A program made the position numbers and the translations under genes. From Vicugna vicugna (lineage: Eukaryota): a DNA stretch of 64,000 nt. The notes beneath the pieces were generated by a model. That model had not been told where the DNA came from and did not search any database. It saw only the letters and a program-made list of their open reading frames with translations. Shown piece after piece: positions 23,797 to 36,949 of this stretch. The stretch is from assembly GCA_013265495.1 (NCBI GenBank), contig MU058781.1, positions 1,840,963-1,904,962 of the forward strand. Direction: 5' to 3'. Position 1 is the stretch's first letter. Each line of letters starts with the position of its first letter.

Positions 23797-26700
23797 CTGT
23801 GGACAAGGAGACAGGGGTCAAATTCCAAGCTGAGTTCTGTCTCCTAACCTTCTAATCCGACACGCCTCCCTGGACTCTACCCGCTAACAAGAAAGAAAAG
23901 AAAAAAAACAAAAAGGGAAGAGATAAAAGGAAGGAGACAAGGAGACATCAGGCCCATAAACTTTTAAATCCCTCTTGAGTCCCAATGAAGAACCAGTCCT
24001 GGAACTATCTCTGTCCCCCTCCCTCTCGGTAACAAAATCGCCTCAAAGTTGGTCAGATAAAGGCTCAATTCCCAAAGGGTGCTTTAAGGGAAAATCATTC
24101 TTCAATTATTAAAGTCCTAGCTCCTCCCTTTGGAAGATCAAAAGCACAGCATAATGGAAAAAAAAATTTTTTTGAAGGCTCTGAAACTATTTGTAAAGTG
24201 AATAATGCAAATAGAGTTCAGTCACTTAAAATTCCTCTCATACCTTCCCCGGCAAGCCTCTTCATCTGACATTATTATGATCATAACTAAAATTCCATAG
24301 GCCATTGGAGTACTTCGATGGAGCTAAAGCTCACACAGTGCTGCCCTTAGGAGCCTCCAGGAGCTTTCGTCCTAACAACTGACACACATGAAATAATACC
24401 AAGGCCGGGAGCCGACCAGGAACAGAGTTCAGGTCTCTAATTATTTTCCCATTTCCACCAGGGAAGCAAACATCCAGACGGTGCCTACATCCAAGTGATG
24501 TCAGAAGTCGAACACCCTCATCACAACTCAAGCATCTGGAACCAACGTCAGGGAAACAGATCTCACCCAACCGGCTCGTATTTTCACATCAACACACTTC
24601 ACTGTGTCCTTAGTACAGGCAAAGAAATTACTGGAACTTAAACTCCTTTGGAAATATATTTAATCCGCCAAGAGCTTCTAAATGACTGGGGTCTTGTTTC
24701 TACCTAACCCCTGTCCCTGCACGCTAACGGCGTCCACCTCCATGTTGCCCCCGACATCTGTAAGAACAGACGTTGTAGATTAGGAAGACTGGTTGTTCCC
24801 TAAGAAACCATCATCTTTTATCCTTTCTCTAATGTGAAAACTCTGGCGTCAGGCTGCCTACAAAACTATGTGAAAAATGCTCATATCCGTCCTACCCCGA
24901 AATGGGTGGAACTCAGCCAAATGCACCAATGCCCTTCTCTCCGGGGGCTCTAAATGCCCGGGTTCAATTTGCTTTTAAATCCCTGGTGCTTGCAGGGATT
25001 ATTTCTTGCAACGAAGGTAAAAGAGATTAGTATGCAGTCACCATACCATCAAATCTCTCCCCTGCCTCGGGTTTAAAAAAGGAATCTCTTGTTTTAAGGT
25101 TTGTTGGCATGGAGTGTACAGCATCACTTACAGGGTGACCACTTTGCTATGCAGAGCAAATCTTCCTTTTTAAAGCAGGGTGCTCTTTGCTCAGGGGAGA
25201 TACACTGTGTTCCCAATGCCCTTATATAATTTTTTTTTCACTCGCTATTGTCCAGGAGAGAAATGACATGTCTTCTCTTAGTCTCTCTCATCAGCTCCTC
25301 TATTTATAGCTCTCTCCTTTGGCTGTTTAATAGAACCTACTCACAACACGGCTTTTGTTCAGTCTACAAGCTTCTAAGAGTGGATTCTATCCCCAGTTGC
25401 CAAGTTAGTCATGATGCTAATGGAAAACCGAGGCTGGCTATGCTGAAGGCCAGCTGAAGGGTTTCATCTTTAGTTTAAAAAAGGGAGGGGGGCCGAGAGG
25501 TAGAGGGGGTGGTGCTGGCATCTGAAAATAGCCCTTGGTGACATGTAAACAGAAAGCATGGCTCCAGAAAGGCAGGTTGGGGGCCAGGCTCTGCCTTGCC
25601 TTTGGGGATCGTCCCTGGCAGAGAGCGTTAACGCTTCCCAGGACTTAACGTCTCCCTTCCTGACAAATGTCACAGAACCCCAGCGTGCTCTCTCCTTCTC
25701 ATTTGGAGGATGCCTGTGGTCATCTGGTTTTTTAAAAACTTTGCATTCCAAACCAGTCATTTGCCTTGTTTATGCATTAGAAGAAACAGATGGTGAAAAC
25801 CACAAGGGGAAAAAGCCAGCAAAATACCACCTTCCCCGACTCCAGCACTCCTGATGCACCCATAGAATGCACGGTGGTCCACGGATGGCATGGAAATGGG
25901 ACCAGTGTTTTGCATCTGGCCAGACTCAGGCAGGACACAGAGTGACCCTCTTTGTGACGCCTGAGAGCACCAAGGGCTGGACGCCTTCTGTGTTTGGAAT
26001 CCTCCTCCTCACCCCGCCGCTTGAGTCACATTCATGCCAACTTCGTGTTCTCTCCTCAGAGGAACTGCTGACTGTTCTGTACCTTGCAAAGTATCCAGTT
26101 TTGTGGTTTGTAAGGCCTTTTCTTCCTGCTTGACACGGTATCCAAAAGCCTTTCTACTCTCCCAGAATTACTGTACCTCAGCCCAGGAGGAACACCAAGG
26201 TCTAGCCAAGGGGATGGACATTTTGGAAGAAATCTCCTGGGAATTTGCAAGGCATTGATGGAATTGCTACACACGGGGCATTTTAGAATCTGATTTTCTC
26301 AATGAAATCGAATCAGGTTTTTCATTTCCTTTTTTCCTTCGTTCGTTTTTCTTTCCTGCATTCCTTTCATTCTGCGTGTTTATTTATAGTTACAAGACTT
26401 AACCTTAGGGATTAACCAAAATGACCTCCTAGTTCCTCAGCATTGCCACAAAGGGGGGCTGAACGTGGGCTTCCCGCGGCTCTAGGACTGACTGTCCCGT
26501 CAGCTACTTTCCTGGTTACCCTGCAGAGGACCTGCATTTTCCAAACATGGATTTTCTGTCTAGATGAGAAATCCAACCTTCCTCAGATGTTAATCAACCA
26601 TTCTTGCCAACTAATGTAAGAGCCTGAAGGCAGACACTTTGAGGAGAGCTACGAAGCAGAGAAAGGCAGACTGTAGAAGTTTAGAAAAGGAAGAGTCCCT

Positions 26701-26821
26701 TTAATAAATCTCTGAGGCTGGAGCCCGGCAGGGTAGGATCAGAAGTCCAGGGACTGGGGTTATGTGGGCTCTCTACTAACTCGGCTTGTATAGGAGCAAG
26801 CAAGCAAACATGGCTTGCCTC

Positions 26822-26914
26822 CCGTGGGTATAGTTCACTGGTAGAGCATGTGCTTAGCATGCACAAGATCCTGGGTTTAATCCATAGTACCACCATGTAA
26901 ATAAAAAAAAAAAA
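26822..26914 (+). mobile_element. tRNA-Ala-derived SINE (camelid Vic-1 type)
   Basis: gggtatagttcactggtagagcatgtgcttagcatgcacaagatcctgggtttaatccatagtaccacca has A-box and B-box remnants and is followed by an A-rich tail. Confidence 0.85.
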
Positions 26915-26959
26915 GGAAAACTTGTTATTTAGATAAACAACTTGTATCTAAACAACTTG

Positions 26960-27132
26960 TTATTTAGATAAACTGTATAGCCTAGGAAACTATATTCAGT
27001 TTCTTAGAATAACATATAATGGAAAAGAATCTGAAAAAAAAATATGTATGTGTATGTGTAACTAAATTACTTGGCTGTGCACCTGAAACTAACACTGTCA
27101 ATCAACCACTTCAATTAAACAAACAAACAAAA
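26960..27132 (+). mobile_element. Short L1 3'UTR terminus fused behind the SINE
   Basis: ctgtatagcctaggaaactatattcagtttcttagaataacatataatggaaaagaatctgaaaa...cacctgaaactaacactgtcaatcaaccacttcaatt followed by an (A3C)n tail. Confidence 0.85.
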
Positions 27133-29009
27133 AAACATGGCTTGCCCCGCCCTCTACTTCGATGCATTGGATTTACATGATTTTGAGCCTCAGATCATAG
27201 GAAGCGTGAGCATTTTTAGAGATGCTGTTAAGACTTCTGTCTCTCATAATTTGAGAGCCATGCATGCAGAAATTTTAAAGAAGGGGAGTCTGTATAGGGT
27301 AGCAGCGAGAGCTAGGGAACATTGAGAACCAACAGGTGTGAGTCAGTGAGGAGGCCCTGGGGGTCTGTCATTCATGTCTCCACATTCGCTTGGCCTGGTT
27401 TGCACCTGGATCAGAGCAAGGGCCTTATGCGTAGATGCCTGTGGGGCTGAGCAGTTTGAGGAGGGAGAGACAAACGGGGACCCGGTGCTGGGGACACAGA
27501 GCTCACCCCCTGTTGAAAGGTGGCAGCCTTTCCTCAGCTCTCGCCAGCCCCCATCCTGGAAGAGCACTCCCTGGGCTGCCAGATCTTTCACATTTTCACA
27601 AGAAGCCAGAAATCTGGATTTCCATGTGAAGCCTGATTTCTCAAAATGGGATCCAATATTTCAAACAGCAACTGGGCCAAGCTACACGTGTCTCTGGCCC
27701 CCAGGGTGCCGGGCCTCGCCGTCTGGGTGTTTCTTCCCTCCTCCCTCAGTCTCAGGGCAGGACCCGAAAGCTCCTCACAGCTCCGCGCCTTGGCAAGGCT
27801 GAACGACTCCGAGTTTCGTAGATGCCCTGCCTGCCGCGCCTCTGCGCCTTCACTCACGTGTGTCTTTGTCTGAGATGCTCTTCTTCCTTTCCTCAGAGGC
27901 GGAGTTTATTCGATTTTCAGGGCCAAGCTGAGTGCCGCTCTGCCACAAAGCCTTTCCCAGAGCAGACAAACTCTCCCTCCTTGGACCCTCCCACGTGCGT
28001 TATCCGTACGTCTCTCACAGGGCTTGTCACCCGAGGGTCGGCTGTTTCAACCTGTCCATCTCTTAGCATGGTGGAGTCAGAGACCATTTCTTCCGCATCT
28101 GAATATAAACAGCAGGGCCTAGCAGAGTGCCTTGAATATAGTGGCCTTGGATAAATGTATTGACTGAATATATTAATGAACTAAAGGAAAACTCAAGGCT
28201 TTTCTTAAGCAAAATGGTGTGGATGTGGAGAGGATACTGACAGGTCTGCCTGCACAGGATAAGGCTGGTTTCCAGGTAAGTCAGCTCTGGGATGAGGGGG
28301 ACCCCTGGGAGAAGGGGTGGAAGAGCATCATGTCAGCCATGCGTGAGCAAGTAGGGGAACCAAGAAAGCCGGGGGAATGTCAGGTAGAGCTGAGAAACCA
28401 TGCTAGAATTTTCACCTGCACCACTGTCTGCTGCAAACCACTATTGGATGGAGGCCAAGAAGGGCCACTAGATGGTTTTCTTTTCCCCAGCCTGGAGCCT
28501 GCACGTGACACAAACACCTGCGTGCTTTTCAGCCTCCAGCCAGAAACATATGCGGGAGTTTTGCGAAAAGAATTGAAAACAAGTGCTGCTTTTAACCTTA
28601 ACATCAGAAGGAAAGTACAATAGAAAGGAACCGGAGTCACGCTTTCTCTGGTTCCAAAACTATGTGATGTGACAGGCCCGTGTCACGGGAAGCCTTGTAC
28701 CAGAGGCCACGGCCACAATGGGTCTTTGACTCATTGAAAGGATTAGGTCCGACGAGGAGGGTGGTTGAGAAAATAAGCGGGACCCAGGCAGAACTGGGTC
28801 TAAGTCCTGGCTCTACCACTAGCAGCTGGGAGGGCATGGCCTAGGCATTTGTCCGTTCTAAGAGTGTTTCCTCATTAGTAACATGGAAGTAAAGCACTTA
28901 TAGGAAATTAGGAGTATGAAGTGAGGTCAAGCACATAAAATACCTGGCCCAGTGTAAATGCTTAAACCTTAGTTACTTTTATCGCAATTGTTACCCAGGT
29001 TATGCAGAT

Positions 29010-29620
29010 TTTACTTCTGGGCTTAAATTGTGGACTAGGTAACTCAGACAGACCATCCTACTGAAGACAGATTTTTAAAAAGTGAACTGAAAATATTGAA
29101 AATCTTTAGCATCAAAAGCTACAAGATAGGAAAGAATTATTAGGTCAAAAGTGAAGTGTAGAGAAGGAATTCATAGAGAGAAGCCCAAATGTTGAGGCTG
29201 CATTTTCTCTAGGGGGCATTTGCTGATCTAAAAACAGGTATCTGAGAGGCTACGTTGTGTTTTTCACAGTTTGTGTGAGTGAAGGGGAACACTGGCCTCT
29301 AGGGCTCACCGAGGTAGGGACCCTAATAACTATCCCCTACTTTGGGTTGGGAACCTCAGGGCTGCACACCAAAGTAAGGATTAACTGGAAGTGGCCCTAC
29401 CTGTGCACAGGCTGAAGCTAGGTTTTAAGTCATCAGAGTTGGCAAGAATGTCTCAAAGCCTGAAATTAGACTTATGTGTGCCTGTGAGGCTAGCAGAAGG
29501 AAGTAAAACCTCTCCAGAAGTGGAGAACATCTTTACAGGCCTTAGATTGTTTCTACAAATATTTTACAGTGTCCAACACACAATCAAAGATAACCAGGAA
29601 TGTGGGACACCAGTCAACAG
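29010..29620 (+). mobile_element. Probable ancient L1 5'-end remnant
   Basis: acttctggg...gactaggtaactcagacagaccatcctactgaagaca... resembles old L1MC/ME 5' ends; heavily decayed. Confidence 0.4.
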
Positions 29621-30725
29621 AATCGAGAAAAGCTCAGCCAATTCTTGCTTTCTTCCAAACATGATGAGGATGTTGTCTGTGTCTTAGTGATCACAGATGT
29701 AAAGGCTGTTTGCTCTCAAATGTTTCGTGATTAAACCATGGGAGAAAACAAAATTGAATCATTCTCAGATTTAAGTCACATAGAAAGAAACAATCTTCAC
29801 AAATGTATGACGTTTTCCTAGCAAGGTCTATAAGGCAGTGCGAGTTTCAGATCCAAGCAGTACATGACGAGAGACTTTGGCTCTTGGTGACCGTCAGTGG
29901 ATTTACGTGGGTTACAGTTTTACTCTGGTCATATCAGTGTTGCCATTATCACAGTTATCACTGTAACAGCACAAGACACACCAGGAGAAAACACGAGAGA
30001 CATAGATACTGATCCAAGAGAAAGATGAAGTTCCAAACCCAAGAGACTGCGTTGCATTTCTCCACAGACAAGGATCTTCTCAGTGGAAGATCCTGAGTGA
30101 GATTTGTCAACAGGATCTCACCAAGAAGAAGGGCACACACCCATCACGAATGTCTAGGAGCAAAACACTTTCTCTCAAGACAAGTTCTGTTCATGTGGTA
30201 TCGCTTGTGCCGAGGTCTCAGCAAGTCTACTCGGAGGGGTCACTTTCCTTGGGCACCTACTTTGCCTCCTTCAAGCATTGCTGGTGGGCGCCTGGGATGG
30301 GGCACAGCAGGAACAAAGGCCCTGCGGTCCGGGGAGCTTCAGCCAGAGGCTGCCAGTTCAGTGGCCCACTGAGGGAAGTGGGAAGGGAACAGGCTGTGCC
30401 ATTCATGAAGGCAGATCCTCCTTGCCAAGCACCCCACCTTGAACCCTGTGGAAGCCAGTTAACAGGGTCTCAGGTCCCACCATGTTCCCTGATGCCAGCC
30501 CTGCCCTCACCTACCGCTTCTCATCTCCCTCCTCCAGCTCTCGGCCCTGTTTTGACTCTTTCCCTCCTTCCTTACTACTGGCAACCCTGGGGAGGAAAAA
30601 CAGCAGTAAAAAGGATGCAGAAAAATCCTACTGCGTGATAGAGAGAATTGGCTACAATGGATGAGAGACCGAGATGGGATGGGGAGGAGCACAGGGCACT
30701 GCAGACACATGGGTCCTGTTCTAGT

Positions 30726-30773
30726 GTTATTATTGTTGTTGTTATTATTACTACTACTACTATTATTATTATT
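30726..30773. repeat. Compound trinucleotide repeat (ATT/GTT/ACT)n
   Basis: gttattattgttgttgttattattactactactactattattattatt. Confidence 0.9.
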
Positions 30774-31235
30774 CATGGTTCTACAATGGATGTATCACAC
30801 ATTATGAAATCACAAAAATATAATTTTAATCAAATTTTAGAAAATAAGAAGAAATCCCACTTGGAGGGGTAGGGAGGAGTCTTTCGTAACTGTTTTAGTT
30901 TCTGTGTCTTTGCCCAAGGAAATCTGTGTCCCATGATTTAATTCTGTGTCTAAGTCCCTGCAGTCCAAAGCAACATTACACAATCCTCAGCTTCTGAGAG
31001 CTAGATCATGCCTCGATAATGGACCCGTGGAGTTTCCCCACGAATCTAGCAGAGCAGGAATGTGTGTAACCACCTCCTGGTGTTCTGCCCCAAGGCCCAG
31101 CAAGAACTAGGCAACCCAGGTGGTGCTCCGGAAAAGTACTGGGTAACTGATGAGAAGTTAAAAGGTGCCACTGTGTCATAGTGATTACAGCAGACTTATA
31201 GCTTCACCATTAATAGCACCTATGATTGTCTGAAT

Positions 31236-32165
31236 TCAAAAAACAAACGACCCAATCCAAAAACGGGCAGAAGACCTAAACAAGCAGTTCTCCAATTAAG
31301 ACATATAAATGGCCAATAGGCACATGAAAAAAATGCTCAGTATCATTATTAGAGAAATGCAAATCAAAACCACAATGAAGTATCACCTCACACCAGTCAG
31401 AATGGCCGTCATTAAAAAGTCCACAAACAATAAATGCTGGAGAGGCTGTGGAAATGTAGTTTGGCCACTATGGAAGACAATATGGAGATTCCTCAAAAGA
31501 CTAAAAATAGACTTACCATATGATCCAGCAATCCCACTCCTGGGCATATATTGAGAGGGAACTTTAATTTGAAAAGATACACACACTCCAGTGAGTGTTC
31601 ATAGCAGCACTATTTACAACAGCCAAGACATGGAAACAACCTAAATGTCCATCGACAGATGACTGGATAAAGAAGTTGTGGTACATTTATACAATGGAAT
31701 ACGACTCAGCCATAAAAAGAATAAAATAATGCCACTTGCAGCAACATGGATGGACCTGGAGATCATCATTCTAAGTGAAGTAAGCCAGAAAGAGAAAGAA
31801 AAGAAAATTACCATATCACGCATATGTGGAATCTAAGAAAAAAGAAGACACTAGTGAACTCATCTACAAAACAGAAACAGACTCACAGACATAGTAAACA
31901 ATTTTATGGTTACTTGGGGGAAGGGAGTGGGAAGGGGTAAATTTGGGAGTTTGAGATTTTCAAAGGTTAACCACTATATATAAAAATAGATTTTAAAAAA
32001 CAAATTTCTTCTGTATAGCCCAGGGAACTATATTCAATATCTTGTAATAACCTTTAATGAAAAGAAAAGAAAATGAAGATAAGTATGTATATGCATGACT
32101 GGGACACTGTACTGTACACCAGAAACTGACACACTGTAACTGACTAAACTTCAATTACAAAAAGT
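31236..32165 (+). mobile_element. 5'-truncated L1 (ORF2 C-terminus + 3'UTR) in intron 2
   Basis: ORF 31309..31554 (...[37 protein letters not shown]...[13 protein letters not shown]) matches the L1 ORF2p C-terminal Cys-rich region and is followed by the 3'UTR. Confidence 0.92.
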
Positions 32166-34592
32166 CACCCTCACTGATTAGCAGTCATCAACCTGCATTT
32201 TTCTTGACATGAATAGAAAGCAAAATTAGATTGCTTCCTGTCTGTCTTTAATCCCCCAAGCCCCTGTTTTACTTAACACTATCTCTGGGATTCATGCATC
32301 AACAAGAGTATTTCGATTTCTCAAGCTGCCTGTTGGAAAGGACTGATTTTCCTTCAGTGCCCTTCAGAAGTATTAACAGAGTCACCACAGTATTTATTCG
32401 ATCTTATAATAACCTCTTTGTCTTAAAGCCCATGAACTGGCTGACCCTTTCCCTTTAGAGAAAATCCTTGGAAAAGAAACATCACTATTATCAGTGCCTG
32501 CTCATTAAAACTGGGATCCCATTTTCAGAAACTGCTAAGAGGTTTGTCTGTTGAAAATCCAAGATTACTAGTTGCTTTCCTCTGACCGGAGGAAAAGCCA
32601 CATGTTGCCTGTTTATTAATTCTCTATAAATTCTCTGCCCAGCTTGGGTGTAGCAGTGAGCTCATTTATTTACTTGCATAGCAACAATGTAATGAAAACG
32701 GAATCCAGAAATACACCCTAACAAGCCACATCCAAGGCTAGCTCTTCCTAATGCTCCTTTCGTGCTCCTCAAGATCCCCTCCTCTATTCTTGGGAGGTGA
32801 TTTACTTTCCCTCGAAGACAGTTTGAACCTGGTTGGATGCTAGAATGAAGCCTTTGGCTAACCACGTATAAATCACGCCGGCCTCTTTTTCCAAGTGAGG
32901 AGAAAGTCACAACTGAAAGCTCTGAAGTGGAACGGGGCTCTTGGGTCACTTTCCTTTGACACGGCATTTGGACGGCAAACCACTCCACGCGAACAGTGCC
33001 CTGATTGTTAGGCCCCTAGCACGTCTCCCCTGCTGCTTTCAGGAAGCTCTTTGTGTAGCAAGTGCTAAAGCAATATTTAGTTATGGACTGACCAGGCGCC
33101 AAAGAGCAGTGAGAAGCATTTAAACGTGAAAGGACATGATGGGAAATGACGTCTGGATTCTGCAAGTGGTTGAGGTCTTTCTCTGGACAAAGCCGAACAC
33201 AGTCCGTGTGACAGAGCTGGGCAGAGCCAAGCCATTTTTCCTGCCCTGTGGACCGAAATGTTCCTTGAATGAAAACTATAAAAGGCACAAGCATTTTGGT
33301 TCTTTGGTTGTCCAAATAAATTTAGCTAAGCACTAAATCGAGATTTCAAAATGGATTTTAGAGAGGTGCTCGCAGACTGCCCTAAATAGCGGATGTGATT
33401 GCAGAAAGAGGAAAGGGATGGGAATTTCTGCGCCTGAATGCCGAGGTGTCATTTCCTCCTAAACAGGCGGAGGAAGGACGCCGTGACTTAAGTGGGAGAA
33501 AAGTCATGATGGCTGATGCGGCGAACGGCTCACACGGCAGAACTTGGTGCCAGTTCTGAAGGGGGCTGACCCAGGGCTGTCACTTCAAGAGGCATCAGAC
33601 CCACCAAGAGCCTTTGTGAAGCCGAGAGGATTAAACTGAGGAAAATGGGCGGAAAGGAGTTCCAGGATGATGCACTTTCTCAGCTCTTGGTAACAAAGCA
33701 GGGATGAGAGCTCTCCGGAAGTGCTCTCACGTATGGGACCAGGTCTGCACACTCTGCTGCCCCCGGCTCAGCACCCCCAGCCCTCCCTCCATGCTCCTGC
33801 TTGCTCCTCGCTTTCTAAGACGGTTCAGTCTTCTAGAGGAGACTGTGGTTTCCAGATAGGAAGGCGGATGGGACCCTAGAGGAAGGGTATTAGAATGATA
33901 TGCCAAAACACAGGGCTGAACTGAAATTTACATCAATGCCTGAGTGCCTTGTCTTTTTTTTTTTTTTTCCCCAAGACTCTGGAGGCCAGCTCATGTTCTT
34001 AAACTTTGCAAGCGACTCTGGGAAAGAATCAGATAACAATATCTGGGTCATAAAATTTTAGCCAAGACCATTAGCGATAATCCAACCCTACCCCCCATTT
34101 CACAGCTGAGGGATCTGAAGTTCAGAGAGGTTATTCCGCTCCCTGATGACAGGGACAGGGAGGAGAACCTTGGTTTGCTGGGTCCAGCAGCCTAGCACTT
34201 CTTCCTTCGATGTCCTGTTGGCTACAGAGTCTACCGTGAAGACTGCCTCACGGGACTGATGAGAAATTCACTACTTCTCTAATTTCACAAATCAATAGTC
34301 CCAAAGGAAATTACTTCCTTATTCGAGAAGCAAAACTTGACGTCTGGGTTCCTTATGTTTTGGCGGTGCCAACACTGGCAGGCCAGTTCAGGGAGATTTG
34401 ATTCTATCTGGCTAAATGAGGTTATCCACTTGGAGCGATTTGAAGTCATTTGAAAAGACAGTATTTCCGATGGCAGAGGAAGCCAACACAGCAGGGTCCC
34501 CAGTGGTACCGTGGTCTTTGCCTCACCTTAGGCCCCTTCAGCCTGCAGCACTACTCTCTGGATCTGAGGTGGGAGCCTTTGGAGGTGACTTT

Positions 34593-34751
34593 TAAAAATT
34601 TGTTTTATATTATTTTATTTTCATTTTGGTGGGGACGAAAGTAATGAGGTTTACTTATTTTATTTTATTTTTAGAGAAATTACTGGGGATTGAACCCAGG
34701 ACCTTGTATATGCTAAGCATGCACTCTACCACTTGAGCTACACCTCCCCCC
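34593..34751 (-). mobile_element. tRNA-Ala-derived SINE (Vic-1 type) with TSD
   Basis: Reverse complement reads gggggaggtgtagctcaagtggtagagtgcatgcttagcatatacaaggtcctgggttcaatccccagta plus A-rich tail. TSD tggaggtgacttt (34580-34592) / tggaagtgacttt (34752-34764), one mismatch. Confidence 0.88.
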
Positions 34752-36949
34752 TGGAAGTGACTTTAGTTCTTCCTGGCTAACAGGATGCTTTTTAGCACCC
34801 AGGATTCTGGTGAGCTGGAATTGCTCACCAAGTATTAAAATATGCCTTCTTGTTTTAAAGCTTGGCAACATCAGCCATTAGCTAGGATGTAAAAATCATT
34901 AGCTTCAGAGTCAGACAGACGTGGGATCAAATATCAATCCTGCCTCTTAGTCAAGCGAGGTATGTCCTTCAGCAAGTTAACTTCCCAGACCCCAGATCCC
35001 TCCCCTGTAAAACGGAGGTGATGACGAACACCTTATGAGGCTGTTGGGAGGATAAGATGAGACAGTGTACCTAATATCCTTAACACGCAACCAAAGCTAA
35101 AAGGCACCTGTGGGTCACCCTGACTTTAGATCTAAAACTATCCTAAAAAAATTAGTAACTTAATAACATGCTAAAAGTTACAGTCGATGGCAGTAAATGT
35201 GAAAACAAGTAACTATTCTGAGCAATAACTGGTTTAAGCACACCATGCTTTAAGAAAACCAAAAGTTACAAAAATTATTCGAATAAATCAGTCGTTATTG
35301 TGGCCTTGCTAAAGAAAACTGTTGCTTCAAAAACTGATTAAATGTGGGGTCCCTTCAAAGAGGGGACACTGCGGCACTCTACACGTTACTGGAGTTACAA
35401 CTTTGAAGGAGGATACACTGTCCTAAGCGAGCCACACTGTAACTTCCCAAACTGAGCAGCGAGAGCACCTCTCTAGAAGTAGCCCTGGACAACGAAGTTT
35501 ACGACACAGCTAGTTAGAACCAAGTGCGTTTCTGATGGCGTCTCACTCTGCATCTTGCGTGATGTCCTCAAACAAATGTGCTCATAAAGATGCGTTCAAC
35601 CAATATTACATTTCAGTTTTACCACCAAATCAACAAGATTAATACATTCTTTCTTCTCCCTCACAAACAGAGCGTTATCCACTACACCAGACATGATACT
35701 GTGTATGACGGCTGACCTGTTGTCTCTGATAGGCAGTCACTTAGCATGAGATCACTGAGGAAGGAAAGACGATTACCTCTGTTTGCTTTGGTGTGACTTT
35801 ACAAGAAGTTACTAAATCACTCTTAGAAACAGGCATTATCTATGAGCTTTATAACCAATTGCAACTGAGTTTGAAGACCTTGGCATTGACCAAACAAAAA
35901 AGACCATTGTTCATTTTCACAGAGGTGTTACAGTTTGCTCATTCCTCTGGCATGGGTGACTTGACTGGGAGGAGAAACTTTTCATTCTTAAAGTGAAGTC
36001 ATAGAGCCCTTGAAATGCTCAAGGACCTTCAATTTTGTGTAAGATTTAAATTTTACCTTGACTCTTGAGGGTAGAGATTTTAGGTGAAAGTTCACTTCTC
36101 TGCATAGCCCCAAAAGCCATGTACTGAAGGAAAAAATCATTTAAATTAGGACTATCTTTACATAGAAATGCACAATTCTGGAACGTGGTCATATTTTATT
36201 GAGTTTATAAGTGAAGAAACTGGAGATATCCTCTGCCCTGTCAAACTCTGATTCTCCCCAGTATTTTTTGGGGTGTATATATATATGGCTGTGTGTGTGT
36301 GTAAGAAGGGAACAAAGGAAAGTGAGGTGAAATCAGGCTTTATCTTCTCTGGGAGCTTTCACTTCCTCTTAATCTATTTTTACTCGTTGGTGGACAGATC
36401 ACACTGCTGATATATAGCAGTTAGTTGACTGGTATCTTGAGTGTTGCTCTGGGCAACCAGATTTCACAGTGCCTCACATCCCAATGAGGGAAGCCCTCCG
36501 TTCCCCAACCAGTGGCTTTGGGTGTGTGCGTGTGTGTAACTTATGATGACTCAGCGTCTACATCTACGAAGGTACAAAGATTGAAGCTTAAGCTGTTTAT
36601 GGTTCTTATATTACCTTTCAAGGACAGGGCCCGGAAGCCTGGCTAAAATCTGTGAATCATTTCCTGCCAATATTTGGCTATGTCTCACTTTGGAAGGTAG
36701 GAAACGGTCTTGAAAGATGACGTCATGGGGTCTGTATAAATCTCAATATTACTTGAGTTTTCCGAGAGCTACCCCCGAAGCAGTACTTCCCCCTGTCTAG
36801 TCCATCATACACATTAGAGCGGTGGGCCTTTACATTTTAATAAGCCCATGAGCTCTCTTGAGATGAAGCGAAATGTACAACAGATTTTGGGACCAGAGTG
36901 GAGAGAGAAGCTGCTGGGGTGCAGAGCAAGCTTCTAGAGAAGATGAACT

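Noticed and set aside
26822..26896. Possible tRNA-Ala gene (also 34680-34751)
   Set aside because: Degenerate stems, A-rich tails and target-site duplications indicate SINE copies rather than functional tRNAs.
30507..30776. Poly-Asn/Ser ORF
   Set aside because: Translation of a compound trinucleotide microsatellite.
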